Shown here: positions 45,812-57,218 of the stretch, piece by piece | Numbering within the stretch: the stretch's first letter is position 1 | Layout of the letters: every line of letters starts with the position of its first letter | Source of the DNA: a virus | Taxonomy: Duplodnaviria; Caudoviricetes | DNA: 64,000 bases | Virus record (IMG/VR): IMGVR_UViG_3300031853_000001 | Location: 116,933-180,932 of that record | Strand: one strand, 5' to 3' | Notes under the pieces: generated by a model | Told to the model about the DNA's origin: nothing | What the model saw: the letters and a program-made list of their open reading frames with translations, nothing else | The model's database searches: none | Translations under genes and position numbers: made by a program

Positions 45812-47593
45812 ATGAATTATAGATTAAGAAAACAATATACTACAAATCCAGAAAAAGCGTTATCAGAAATTTTAATAGATCGTGGTGTTCAAGATATTGA
45901 AACTTTTTTACATCCTACATCAGAATGTGAATTAGACCCTTATGGCCTTGAAAATATTGATCTCGCGGCAGAAATGTTGTTAAGACATTTAAGAAAAAAT
46001 AGTAAGATTATGATTATTGTGGACAGCGATACGGATGGATTTACTAGTGCGAGTATTTTATGGCTTTATGTCAAACATATTTTCCCTAACGCAGATTTAA
46101 ATTTTACTTTGCACGAGCATAAGCAACACGGTCTGGATGATAAAATTGATTGGCTAGAAACATTAAATGAGGTTGATTTAGTTATTTGCCCTGATTCTGC
46201 GAGTTATGATATTGAAGAACATGAACGATTAGCGGATTTAAATATTAGTTGTTTAGTGTTAGACCATCACGAACAGCAATACGACCTAGATGGAAACCCA
46301 ATTATTTCTACTTCTCCAAACACCATAGTTGTTAATAATCAACTATCTCCAATGTATTCAAATAAATCACTATGCGGGGCTGGTGTAGTTTATAAATTTT
46401 GTGAAGTGCTAGATGAAATTTTAGGTATTAAGCAAGCCCAAGAATATATGGATTTAGTCGCTCTTGGAGAAATAGCTGATGTTATGGATAGAACAACTTC
46501 TGAAACAAACTATCTAATGCTTCGTGGTTTAAAAAATATTAAAAATAAAGGTTTCCAAACTTTACTTGAAGCTCAATCGTATTCTTTAAAAGAAAAAGCA
46601 ACATATCCTTGGTATGGATTAACTCCAATTGATATTGCTTTTTATATTGCTCCTCTTATTAACGCCCTTACTCGCGTCGGTTCTATGAAAGAAAAAGAAG
46701 CAATGTTTTATTGTTTTATTGAACCAGATAGGATTTTACCAAGCACAAAGCGTGGGGCAAAGCCAGGAGATACCGAAACCGCGGCAGAACAAACCGCGAG
46801 AGTTGGTAAGAACGCAAAGGCTCGCCAAGATAAGTTAAAAGAAAAAGCTATTGATTTAATTGATTTTAAAATTCAAAAGAATGATTTAGCAAGTAATAAT
46901 ATTATTTTGGTTGAAGTAGAGCCAGAAGATAATATTCCGCCAGAATTAACTGGATTGATAGCAATGGCTATTGTTAATAAGTATAACAAACCAGTTATGA
47001 TTGGTCGCAGAAATGACAATAATGAAATAAATGGTAGTATTCGCAGCAGCGGAAATTTTGCTGGCCTTCCTAGTTTCAAGCAATTTCTTGAAGAAAGTAG
47101 CTTAATTAATTATGTGGCTGGTCACGATGCGGCCGCAGGCTTTGGAATTAATAGTTTTAATGCGGACAAATTACTTTCTTATAGTAACGAAAAATTAGAT
47201 GATAATGCTTTTGTGAAATGCTATACTGTTGATTATATATTAGATGGGCGTGAAAATATTAATCCACTACTTGAAAGTTTAGCCGAGCACCCTGAATTTT
47301 TTGGTAATCACATTGATGAAATTAAAGTAGTTATTAAAAATATTTCTCTTGCCAGTGTAATGGCGATGGGTGCAAATAAAGATAGTATGAAAATTAATTT
47401 TAATAATATTGATTATGTGCGTTTTAAGGACGCTACTTTTACAGAAGAAGTTTTTAGTAATAGAATGAAAACACTTACTGTATATGGACGAGTTAATTTA
47501 AATACTTTCGCGGGAAGAACCACTACACAAGTTTTTATTGATGATTATGATTTAGATGATGCTCAGGAAGATCCGCATAAGTATGATTTTTAA
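45812..47593 (+). CDS. recJ: RecJ-like ssDNA exonuclease
   Basis: DSDTDG, DHH, GAGV, AD, GS.R, GH..AAG. Confidence 0.9.
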   Translation: MNYRLRKQYTTNPEKALSEILIDRGVQDIETFLHPTSECELDPYGLENIDLAAEMLLRHLRKNSKIMIIVDSDTDGFTSASILWLYVKHIFPNADLNFTLHEHKQHGLDDKIDWLETLNEVDLVICPDSASYDIEEHERLADLNISCLVLDHHEQQYDLDGNPIISTSPNTIVVNNQLSPMYSNKSLCGAGVVYKFCEVLDEILGIKQAQEYMDLVALGEIADVMDRTTSETNYLMLRGLKNIKNKGFQTLLEAQSYSLKEKATYPWYGLTPIDIAFYIAPLINALTRVGSMKEKEAMFYCFIEPDRILPSTKRGAKPGDTETAAEQTARVGKNAKARQDKLKEKAIDLIDFKIQKNDLASNNIILVEVEPEDNIPPELTGLIAMAIVNKYNKPVMIGRRNDNNEINGSIRSSGNFAGLPSFKQFLEESSLINYVAGHDAAAGFGINSFNADKLLSYSNEKLDDNAFVKCYTVDYILDGRENINPLLESLAEHPEFFGNHIDEIKVVIKNISLASVMAMGANKDSMKINFNNIDYVRFKDATFTEEVFSNRMKTLTVYGRVNLNTFAGRTTTQVFIDDYDLDDAQEDPHKYDF

Positions 47594-47652
47594 TTGACTT
47601 TTATTAAAGTTTATGATATAATAAATATAGAATAAAAGAAGGAAGTGATTTT

Positions 47653-50600
47653 GTGTATTATAGCTTACACAACCACACCTGTGCGAGCAACCAGCGTCTC
47701 GTTGATTCTATAAACGTTATAGAAGATTTAATTCAATATGCTTTTGATTTAGGTTTATATGGTGTAGCTTTAACTGAACACGAAACAGTTAATAGTCATA
47801 TTAAAGCATTAAAGTATGTTGACAAACAAAGAAAAAAAGAAAATCACGATCCGCGATGGGATAAATTTAAACTTATTCTTGGTAATGAGATTTATCTTTG
47901 CCGAAATGGATTAAATAATGATAATTATGATAGTAAGAAGGATAGTTTTTATCATTTTATTCTTCTTGCGAAAGATGAAATTGGGCATAAGCAGATTCGT
48001 CAACTTTCAACACGAGCATATGGTCAAAGTTTTATGAAAAGTCGTATGCGTCGTGTGCCAACTTATTATTCTGATTTAGAAGATATTATTGGTGGAAATC
48101 CAGGACACGTAATCGCAAGCACAGCTTGTATTGGTGGATATTTTGGAAAAACAATTTTAAAGGCTAGTAAGTTTGAGAAAGATGAAGAACTTTTTGAAGA
48201 AGAATTAATTAAACTAAAAAGTTGGTGTGAGTATTTACAAAGTATTTTTGGTAAAGAAAATTTCTTTCTTGAACTTCAACCTTCTGATAATAATGAACAA
48301 ATTTATGTAAATAAGTGGTTATTAAAGTTTTCGGAAGAATTAGGTATTCCCGCAATTGTAACCACTGATAGCCATTATTTAACAAAAGAAGATAGACGTT
48401 TTCATAAAGCATATCTAAATTCAAAAGATGGCGACCGCGAAGTTGATGAATTTTACGCAACAACTTATATGATGAGTGCGAAAGAACTTCACGGTTATAT
48501 GGATAAATATAATGGTGCTGAGATTGTTAATCAATTAATGGAAAACACAAAGTTAATTGGTGAACGAATTGAGCAATATGATTTGAGAAAACCATTTAAG
48601 CTTCCTTATCTTCCAAGTAGGCAAGATGCTCGCATTTCAGCGTTGCCAATTATAGTAGATAGACCTCTACCTGATATTTGGTATAATTTTATTAATTCTC
48701 ACGAAGCCGCAGATAGAGTTTTCATCCGTAGAATTATTGATAAATGTAATAGTAATGAAAACTATTATTGGACTGATGAACGTATCGCACGAATGACGAT
48801 TGAGTTAGAAACTGTATGGAATGCTTCAAAGAAACAAGATATTGTTTGGTCAAAGTATTTCTTACAGGTGGCAGATTATTTAAAGATTGCGTGGGATGAA
48901 GGCGATACATTAGTTGGCCCCGGTCGTGGTTCTGGTGTTGGTTTCTATCTAAATTATCTATTAGATATTATTCAGATAGACCCAATGGTTGAGAAAGTGC
49001 CTTTGTTTCCGTGGAGATTCCTTAATCCAGAAAGAACTAGTATTTTGGATTAACAAAATTTTTACAAACAGTAGATATTGATGTATAATTGGGTAGGCAT
49101 AATCACTTGTTATATGAGGTGAGTGATATGTCAGAAAATAAAAGAAAAGGTTGTAAATTTACTTTTGAGCAAGAACAAGAAATTATTCAAGAATATAAAA
49201 ATGGTAATAGTCTTAGAACATTAGGCGAAAAGTATAATTGTTCTCCCACAACAATAAAAAATATATTAAATAGAAATGAAATTTCTACAAGAAATTTTTC
49301 CGAAGCAAGAAGAAACTTTTTAAATTATACCATAGACGAATCTTGTTTTGAAATAATTGATAACCCTGATAAAGCTTATTGGTTAGGAGTTATGTATAGT
49401 GATGGATATATTAGCAAAGCAAGAAAATATACTAACTCTTTTGGTTTATCTGTTTCAGAAAAAGATTTAGAATGGGTAGAAAAATTTAAAAGTTTTTTAA
49501 AATATAATGGAGAAATTAAACATTATATTGTTACTGAGGGGTATAACCCTGGCAGCAAATATGTCAGACTTATAATTGGTAATAATAAAATTGTAGAAGA
49601 TTTAGAAAAACTTGGTGTGGTAGAACATAAAAGTAAAATAATTTCTTGCTTACCCAATATACCTTTTTTAGATGATTTTATTCGCGGTTATATAGATGGT
49701 GACGGTTCTTTATTAAAACGATTACCTTGTTTTCAAATTAGTGGCAATAAAGATTTTTTATTAGAAATAGCAAATTATTTTAAAATTCCATATAATTTAA
49801 CTCCTGATAAAAGTATTTATTGTTTAAGATATAACGCAAAAGAGAGCCGCTATCTAGAAAAAAGATTATATAAAAACGCGAATTATTATTTAAAAAGAAA
49901 ATATGATATTGCTAGTAGAAGTTTTAACAGTCCCATTACATTGGAAGATGTAATGAAAAAGTCAGAATAACAGGGAAAGTCCTTAGAGCTTTACTTACTA
50001 AACATTAGCGAAAGCGAAGTGCGGCGTTGCTAATCACAACGGTATAGTAAAAAGAGTAAAGATTGGATAATCCTGTGGCATAGTCCTTAAAAGGAAAGGC
50101 CGCAACGACTACCAATGACTACCGAGAACCGGTAATGGTATAGTCTACTCCGCTAATAAATATCGGGAAACCGACGGTAGCAAGGATTGATAGTGATGTC
50201 CAAAGTAATCGTCGTAATAAGGTTATTGAAGCACTTCAAAGTCATTATGGAGAATTAAATGTCGTAAGAGTTGGAACTGAAAGAACAGAGGCGGCAAAAG
50301 CAGCAATTCTTACAGCCGCACGCGGCCTTGAAATTGATGTAGATACTGCTCAGGCAATTGCGGCGTTAATTGAAAGTGACCGTGGTATTCAGCGTTCTTT
50401 AAAGGTAACTTACTATGGTGATCCAGAAAATGATATTCCTCCAAATAGAACTTTCCAAGAAGAAATGGCAAAGTATCCAGAACTTTGGGCAGTAGCTCAA
50501 AAAATTGAGGGATTACAGTGCGGATGCGGTTGCCACGCTGGCGGAGTTATCATTGTAGATGAAGATATTACAGAAACTAATTCTCTTATTAAATTAAATA

Positions 50601-52786
50601 GCGGAGAATGGGTAACTGCGTGGGACCTTCACGAATCTGAGGAAGTAAGCAATGTTAAGATTGACTTACTTGCGACTTTAAACTTAACTCGTATGAGAAC
50701 CTGCTTAGACTTACTTGTCCAGTATGGATATATTGAAAAGAAGGATAGTTTAAGAGAAACATATGAGGCCGCGATTGGAGTTTATAACTTAGATAGAGAT
50801 AATCCTAAGATGTGGGAAATGCTTGCGAATAATGAAATTCTAAGTGTATTCCAGTTTGATACTCCGCAGGGTATTCAAGGCATTTCACTAGCAAAACCAA
50901 CTTCTGTTGAAGAAATGGCAGCCTTAAACTCTATTATGCGACTAATGGCAAGTGAAAAAGGTGCGGAACAGCCTCTTGAAAAGTATGCTCGTTTTAAAAG
51001 AAATCCAATGTTATGGGAACAAGAAATGAATCAGTATGGATTAACAAACGAGCAGAAGCAACTTCTTCATAAATATCTTGATTATGAGTATGGTATTTGT
51101 GCTTCGCAAGAAGATATTATGTCTATGATTCAAGACCCTCAACTTGGTGGTTGGAGCTTGAAAGATAGTGATATGCTTCGTAAATCAATTGCAAAGAAAG
51201 ACCCAAAACTTTATGAACAGTTATCTAAAAAGTATTTTGATACAGTAAAAGATAAAGATCTTGATAATAAACTTTGTAATTATTTTTGGAATGTTCTAGT
51301 TAATACTCAGCGCGGTTATTCATTTAATCTAAGCCACACATTAGCTTATAGTATTGTTGGACTTCAAAATATGAATTTAGCTTGTAATTATCCAATTATA
51401 TTCTGGAATACAGCAAATCTAATTGTTGATAGTGCAGGCGTAGATGATGGTGAAAATCCCGAAGATATAGACCAAGATGAAGTTGCGGAAAACATCGAAG
51501 AAGTAATGGAAGAAATTGAAATTGAAGATGATGACGACGATGAAGATGAAGAAGTAAAAGTCGGGCCAAAAGAAAAGGTTAAGCGAGTAAAGAAAACCGT
51601 TGATTATGGTAAAACTGCCCGAGCAATTGGTCGTTTCAAATCTTACGGTATTAATATTCTTCCCCCTGATATAAATACTTCAAGTTTTACATTCGCACCA
51701 AATGTAGAACAAAATAGTATAACATATGGACTTCGTGGTATTACACGAATTTCAAATGATGTGATTAGATTGATTATGAGTAATAGACCTTACGAATCTT
51801 TTAATGATTTTATGGTTAAAAATAGAACTAATAAATTACAAACAATTAATCTAATAAAATCTGGTGCATTTGACGCAGTTGAAGGTAAGCCGCGAGAAGA
51901 GATAATGAATAATTATCTATTAAGTATCGCAGACCAAAAGCAAAGATTAACTTTACAGAATATGCAAATGTTAATTAATAAAGATTTAATTCCCGAAGAA
52001 ATGGAATTTTATGCGAAGTTATTTTCTTTCAATAAATATCTAAAGACTTGTAAAAGTGGATTAAAGTATCATTTAGTCCCTAACGCGGTTGATTTTATTA
52101 GTGAGCATTTTGATGTAGATCTTATTGAAGATGGAGAATATATACTTCAAAAAACTTGGGATAATCTTTATAAGAAGGCTATGGAGCCAATGCGTCAGTA
52201 TTTAAAAGATAATAAAGAAGTTATGCTAGATAAGTTAAATAATTCTCTATTTAATGAAGTGGCTGAAAAATATGGTAAGGGTAATATTAGCAAGTGGGAA
52301 ATGGATAGTATTTCATTCTACTATCACGAACACGAGCTCGCGGCCGCAGCTTCAAATTATGATGACTTCTTTGAATTAAATGAAGAGCCGGAAGTGGAAT
52401 ATAGTTTCCCAGGTTCTAACGGACAAGAAGTGAAGATTTTCAAACTTCATAAACTTATTGGAACCGTAATTGATAAGAATAAGTTAAAGAATAGTATTTC
52501 ACTTCTAACTCCAACTGGCGTTGTTCAAGTTAAGATTTATAAAAATCAATATGCGATTTATGATAAGCAAATTTCGCAAAAAGGTGAAGATGGCCACAAA
52601 AAGGTTTTAGAGAAGAGTTGGTTCTCGCGAGGGACAATGCTTATGGTGCAGGGCATAAGGAGGGGAGACGCGTTCATTCCACGCAAAAAGAAGAACTCCT
52701 TATATCCAATTATCTCAAAGATTACAAACGTTTCAAAAGATGGTGAATTAACATTTCAGTATGAACGAGCGGAGGTTGATGCCTGA
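47653..52786 (+). CDS. dnaE: DNA polymerase III alpha (exons 47653-49050 and 50186-52786)
   Basis: PHP LHNHT/TEH/DSHY; GRGS; splicing gives RFLNPER..LDIDSD; HAGG, KIDLL, YSFN.SH. Confidence 0.9.
49051..50185 (+). mobile_element. group I intron in dnaE
   Basis: Exon ends GAT; core GCAACGACTA / GTATAGTCT; terminal G 50185; interrupts the catalytic DID motif. Confidence 0.88.
49089..49970 (+). CDS. intron-encoded LAGLIDADG endonuclease (likely start ATG 49128)
   Basis: AYWLGVMYSDG and FIRGYIDGDG. Confidence 0.9.
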   Translation: MGRHNHLLYEVSDMSENKRKGCKFTFEQEQEIIQEYKNGNSLRTLGEKYNCSPTTIKNILNRNEISTRNFSEARRNFLNYTIDESCFEIIDNPDKAYWLGVMYSDGYISKARKYTNSFGLSVSEKDLEWVEKFKSFLKYNGEIKHYIVTEGYNPGSKYVRLIIGNNKIVEDLEKLGVVEHKSKIISCLPNIPFLDDFIRGYIDGDGSLLKRLPCFQISGNKDFLLEIANYFKIPYNLTPDKSIYCLRYNAKESRYLEKRLYKNANYYLKRKYDIASRSFNSPITLEDVMKKSE

Positions 52787-53868
52787 TGATAGGCTTACTA
52801 GACTATGATTGGTGTGTATCTAATAAAAACTCCGTTCTAATTCCTAATATTGAAATTATGAAACTTGCTACTTATTATAAAATTGAAAAAAACCAATTTT
52901 GCCGGCTACTAACTCTTGAAGATCAAGAGTTAAGTAGCTGCGACAAAATTTACTTTTTTAGCGAACTAAATAAAAATCCTCAAATACCCGAGCATTATTT
53001 GCGGGCGAAAAATGTTTTTTATGGCGGGACAGCATTTACAAACGGAGTGTATATTCCCTTTGAAGAAGAAATTATTGATTACACTATCCCAAAGCCATTT
53101 ATATATAAAGAGTTTTTAAAACAGAAATATAACGATGGAGTAAAGGCAAGAGTTATTTCCCACGTATTAGATGATACTTATTATCGCAATTATGCTGGAG
53201 ATAATAAACTTCCTCTTCCCGCAATCTTACCACGAAAAAGAGTTTATCTATATGATAGAGATTTCTTTTACGATGACTGGCAAGAAACTTTAACTAAAAT
53301 TTCTGAGCGGTCTCCCGCGAGCATTGTTAGAATACACCCAATTATTTGTCATACTTTAACAGAATATTTTACTTTACGTTCATTTCAAAAATTTTCACGG
53401 GTGAATGAAATTATTTTAGATTTAAATATTCCATTAGATGAAGTTTATTATATGTTAAAGAAATATAAAAAGCAATTTCTTGCAGATATTACTCAAAGTT
53501 CTAATGTTTATATAGTTTTAGGAGGCTCTTGGCCTACTCAAATGTTATATTTTCGAGATTTTATTTATAAACTTAATCTTTTATTTTCTTTTTGGAGTTG
53601 CGGTATAATGATTAAAATAAAGTTTGAAGAACCAAATTTAGGTTTTAAAAATCCGCTTATGAATCTTTCTCAACTTGTTGAAAGTGTTTTTAATATAAGC
53701 TATGAAAGAAAAAAAGATTATAGTTTAAATAGTAAAATTGATAAAATAAAGAAAAATAATTTTTGTGCAGAAGAAAAGAAATTATTATTAAAATTCCATC
53801 CTTCTGCAAAAGATTTATTTGACCAATCTTTTAATAAAATAGCAAAAGAAGGGAGATGGCGTATATGA
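52786..53868 (+). CDS. hypothetical protein (N-terminus like radical-SAM-associated phage proteins)
   Basis: IGL.D.D..PN..IMKLA.YYK..GGT; no CxxxCxxC. Confidence 0.6.
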   Translation: MIGLLDYDWCVSNKNSVLIPNIEIMKLATYYKIEKNQFCRLLTLEDQELSSCDKIYFFSELNKNPQIPEHYLRAKNVFYGGTAFTNGVYIPFEEEIIDYTIPKPFIYKEFLKQKYNDGVKARVISHVLDDTYYRNYAGDNKLPLPAILPRKRVYLYDRDFFYDDWQETLTKISERSPASIVRIHPIICHTLTEYFTLRSFQKFSRVNEIILDLNIPLDEVYYMLKKYKKQFLADITQSSNVYIVLGGSWPTQMLYFRDFIYKLNLLFSFWSCGIMIKIKFEEPNLGFKNPLMNLSQLVESVFNISYERKKDYSLNSKIDKIKKNNFCAEEKKLLLKFHPSAKDLFDQSFNKIAKEGRWRI

Positions 53869-54083
53869 TAGATGATATTATTGCTACTCACGAAAAATTA
53901 GAACGCGAATTACGTATGGCATTGGCAACAATGGAACGTTCTGATAAAGTTTTTGAAATCAAAAAGCAGATAATTGCTAATCAATCAAAATGCCCTCATT
54001 TTGATAATAATTATAATTGGGCTATAACAAATGATACTTGTCCATATTGTGGAATGCATTTTGCTACAGGAGGAATTGTATGA
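53856..54083 (+). CDS. hypothetical protein
   Basis: CPH..CPYCG. Confidence 0.6.
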   Translation: MAYMIDDIIATHEKLERELRMALATMERSDKVFEIKKQIIANQSKCPHFDNNYNWAITNDTCPYCGMHFATGGIV

Positions 54084-56317
54084 CTATTCAAGAATGGCTT
54101 GGTAAAGATAATGAAATTGGTATTTCTATTTGGGAAAGAAAATATCAACATAATGGAGAAAATTTTGAAGCTTGGTTAAATAGAGTAAGTGGTAATAAAG
54201 AAAATATTAAAGAAATAATTCGTAATAAGAAATTTTTATTTGGTGGGCGAATTTTAGCAAATCGTGGCCTTGCGGATTCAGCAAAAATTACATATTCTAA
54301 TTGTTATGTAGTTTCTCCTCCAGAAGATAATCTTGAATCTATTTTTGATTGTGCAAAAAGCCTCGCAAGAACTTATTCATATGGCGGCGGAGTTGGAGTA
54401 GATTTGTCAAAACTTGCTCCTAAAGGAGCAAAAGTTCGTAACGCAGCTAAAGAAAGTTCCGGAGCAGTATCATTTATGGATTTATATTCTATGGTTACAG
54501 GGCTTATTAGTCAAAATGGTAGACGTGGAGCTCTTATGTTATCTATGAATTGTAACCACCCAGATATTGAAGATTTTATCAATATTAAAAGTGATTTAAA
54601 TAGAGTTACAAAAGCTAATACTTCTATTAAAATTTTTGATGATTTTATGCAAGCGGCAAAAAATCATCAATCATATACCTTATCTTTTACAAGAGAAGAA
54701 ACTGGAGAAGTTATTAATAAAACCATTGATGCTTACGAATTATTTAAAAAGATGGCTTATAATAACTGGGACATGGGCGAACCAGGTATGTTATTTTGGA
54801 ATAGAATAAGCAATCATAATCTACTTTCTGGTTTTGAAGATTTTGAATATGCCGGGACTAATCCATGTGCTGAAGAACCGCTTCCCGCGGGAGGGAGTTG
54901 TTTACTTGGTTCTATCAATTTAGCCGAATTTGTAAAAACAAGCCCTGCTGGTTCAATTTATTTTGATTTTGACGATTTAGCAGAAACAGTATATATTGCA
55001 GTAGAAGCTTTAAATGATGTTTTGGACGAAGGACTTCCTTTACATCCATTAATAGAGCAGCAAGAAAGTGTTAAAAATTGGCGACAAATTGGTTTAGGAG
55101 TGATGGGAATTGCAGATATGCTAATCAAAATGGGCATTCGCTATGGCAGCCCAGAATCTCTTGAATTATGCGGCACTATTGCTCATGATATATTAAATTT
55201 TGCAGCCTACGCTTCTTGTAATTTAGCCGCACAAAAAGGAACTTTCCCTAGATATGATTTTCATAAATTAAATCAATCAGACTTCTTTTTTGATAATTTA
55301 GATGATAAAGTTCGTGCAATTATCGCAAGAAATGGTTTAGCTAATAGTCAATTACTAACAATTGCACCAACTGGTACATTAAGCACTATGTTAGGAATTA
55401 GTGGCGGCATTGAACCAATTTTTGCAAATTATTATACTCGTAAAACTGAAAGTCTTTATGGTAAAGATGTTGAGTATAAAGTTTACACGCCTATTGTAAA
55501 AAAATATATTGAAGAACATCACCTTTCAGATGACAGTCAGCTTCCAGACTATTTTATTACAGCAGGAGAATTAAATTATCATCAAAGAATAGATATGCAA
55601 GCCACCTGGCAAAAGTATATTGACGCTTCAATTTCTTCAACTGTTAATCTTCCTGAAACAGCAACCGTAGAAGATATTATGAATATTTATATGGAAGCGT
55701 GGGAAAAAGGTTTAAAAGGTATTACCGTTTTTAGAAATAATTGTCGTCGTGCAGGAATACTAACTACCGAAAAAAAAGATTCAGTAAAAGAAATTCACCC
55801 AGAAGATTTTCCAGTAATTTTTGATTCTATTACTCCAGTATCGCGTAAAACGTTAGGAACTACACACGGTAATACATATTGCCGTCATTGTGCTTGTGGA
55901 ACTTTATATATTACTGTTAATTGCGACGATGAAGGTAATTTAGTTGAAACTTTTATTGAAAGTAGTAAAGGCGGTATTTGTAAAGCTAATACTGCGGCAG
56001 TAAATAGATTAATTTCTGTTGGCCTTCGTTCTGGCGTAAAAGTAACTGAAATTATTGACCAATTAAAAGGTATTTATTGCCCAGCTTGTGCAAAAACTAG
56101 TAAAGCTGTAGATGGTTTATCTTGTCCAGATATTATGGCTAAAACTTTACAGGCTTTTTATTATGGAGAAGAAGAAAAACCTCAAAAAAATATTGTAAAA
56201 AGTAAAAAAGCTATTGAAATTGAAACGAATGAAAAATGTCCTGAATGCGGCGAACCCATTCGCAGAGAAGGTGGTTGTGTTATTTGTAGTAGTTGTGGAT
56301 GGAGTAAATGTGGTTAA
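54080..56317 (+). CDS. nrdJ: class II (B12-dependent) ribonucleotide reductase
   Basis: NCY, GGGVG, RRGA, TNPCAE, CLLGS, APTG, SIS.T.N, KGIT; C-terminal Zn ribbon; ATG 54080 after AGGAGG. Confidence 0.92.
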   Translation: MTIQEWLGKDNEIGISIWERKYQHNGENFEAWLNRVSGNKENIKEIIRNKKFLFGGRILANRGLADSAKITYSNCYVVSPPEDNLESIFDCAKSLARTYSYGGGVGVDLSKLAPKGAKVRNAAKESSGAVSFMDLYSMVTGLISQNGRRGALMLSMNCNHPDIEDFINIKSDLNRVTKANTSIKIFDDFMQAAKNHQSYTLSFTREETGEVINKTIDAYELFKKMAYNNWDMGEPGMLFWNRISNHNLLSGFEDFEYAGTNPCAEEPLPAGGSCLLGSINLAEFVKTSPAGSIYFDFDDLAETVYIAVEALNDVLDEGLPLHPLIEQQESVKNWRQIGLGVMGIADMLIKMGIRYGSPESLELCGTIAHDILNFAAYASCNLAAQKGTFPRYDFHKLNQSDFFFDNLDDKVRAIIARNGLANSQLLTIAPTGTLSTMLGISGGIEPIFANYYTRKTESLYGKDVEYKVYTPIVKKYIEEHHLSDDSQLPDYFITAGELNYHQRIDMQATWQKYIDASISSTVNLPETATVEDIMNIYMEAWEKGLKGITVFRNNCRRAGILTTEKKDSVKEIHPEDFPVIFDSITPVSRKTLGTTHGNTYCRHCACGTLYITVNCDDEGNLVETFIESSKGGICKANTAAVNRLISVGLRSGVKVTEIIDQLKGIYCPACAKTSKAVDGLSCPDIMAKTLQAFYYGEEEKPQKNIVKSKKAIEIETNEKCPECGEPIRREGGCVICSSCGWSKCG

Positions 56318-56350
56318 TATTTGACTTTTTCTAAAATTTATGATATATTA

Positions 56351-56438
56351 AGATAAAGGATAGGAAAGATTAGCTACCTTTCTGATAAGCGTTCAACTCC
56401 CGCTTCCTTTATCTTTTTTATTTTGGAGTTGAAGGAGT
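56351..56438 (+). promoter_or_regulatory. three-way junction whose loop pairs next to the RBS of a GIY-YIG gene
   Basis: AGATAAAGGA/TCCTTTATCT; GCG-TTCAACTCC-CGC loop complementary to GGAGTTGAA. Confidence 0.6.
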
Positions 56439-56445
56439 TAAGAAT

Positions 56446-57132
56446 ATGCGAGATATTATTTGTGGAATATATCGCATTCATAATAATCTTAATAATAAAG
56501 ATTATATTGGCCAAGCGATAGACATATATCAAAGATGGCGGCAACATAAAGCACGATACGATGATTGTGCTATTCATAGAGCGATAAGTAAATATGGAAT
56601 TGATAATTTTACTTTTTCAATTCTTGAAGAATGTAGTGAAGAGTTGTTAGATGAAAAAGAAATCTATTGGATTAATTATTATGATAGTTATTTTAACGGT
56701 TATAATGAAACTTCTGGAGGGAAACGTCCTATTCATACTATTTGTAACAGACAAATTGAAATGTATGATTTAAATGGAAATTACATAAAAGATTTCCCAT
56801 CTATGAGTGCCGCGGCAAGAGAGTTAAAATGCGAACCTTCTTTAATAAATGCGGTAATTCAACAACGACGTCCTACTGCAAAAGGTTACCAATTTAAAAC
56901 GAAAAATGATGATACAATTGTTATAAAACCTTTTGTTAAAAAGAAAAGTGGGCCTTCTGGTAAAAAAGTAATTCAATATGATTTAGAAGATAATGTTATA
57001 GCAGAATATATTAGTGCAAGCGAAGCCGCGAGACAAACTGGTTTATATGCACAAAATATAAGTGGAGTTTGTCGTGGTGTAAAGAAAACTTGTGGTGGAT
57101 ATAAGTGGAAATATAAAAATGAGCAGGCTTAA
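56446..57132 (+). CDS. GIY-YIG homing endonuclease with NUMOD1 repeats
   Basis: GIYRI..YIGQA..RW.QH. Confidence 0.88.
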   Translation: MRDIICGIYRIHNNLNNKDYIGQAIDIYQRWRQHKARYDDCAIHRAISKYGIDNFTFSILEECSEELLDEKEIYWINYYDSYFNGYNETSGGKRPIHTICNRQIEMYDLNGNYIKDFPSMSAAARELKCEPSLINAVIQQRRPTAKGYQFKTKNDDTIVIKPFVKKKSGPSGKKVIQYDLEDNVIAEYISASEAARQTGLYAQNISGVCRGVKKTCGGYKWKYKNEQA

Positions 57133-57218
57133 TGCCTGCTCTTTTCTTTTTAATACTTGACTTTTTCAAAAACCTATGTTATAATTAATTATAAAGTAAA
57201 GGAGTGGTTGTGATGTAG

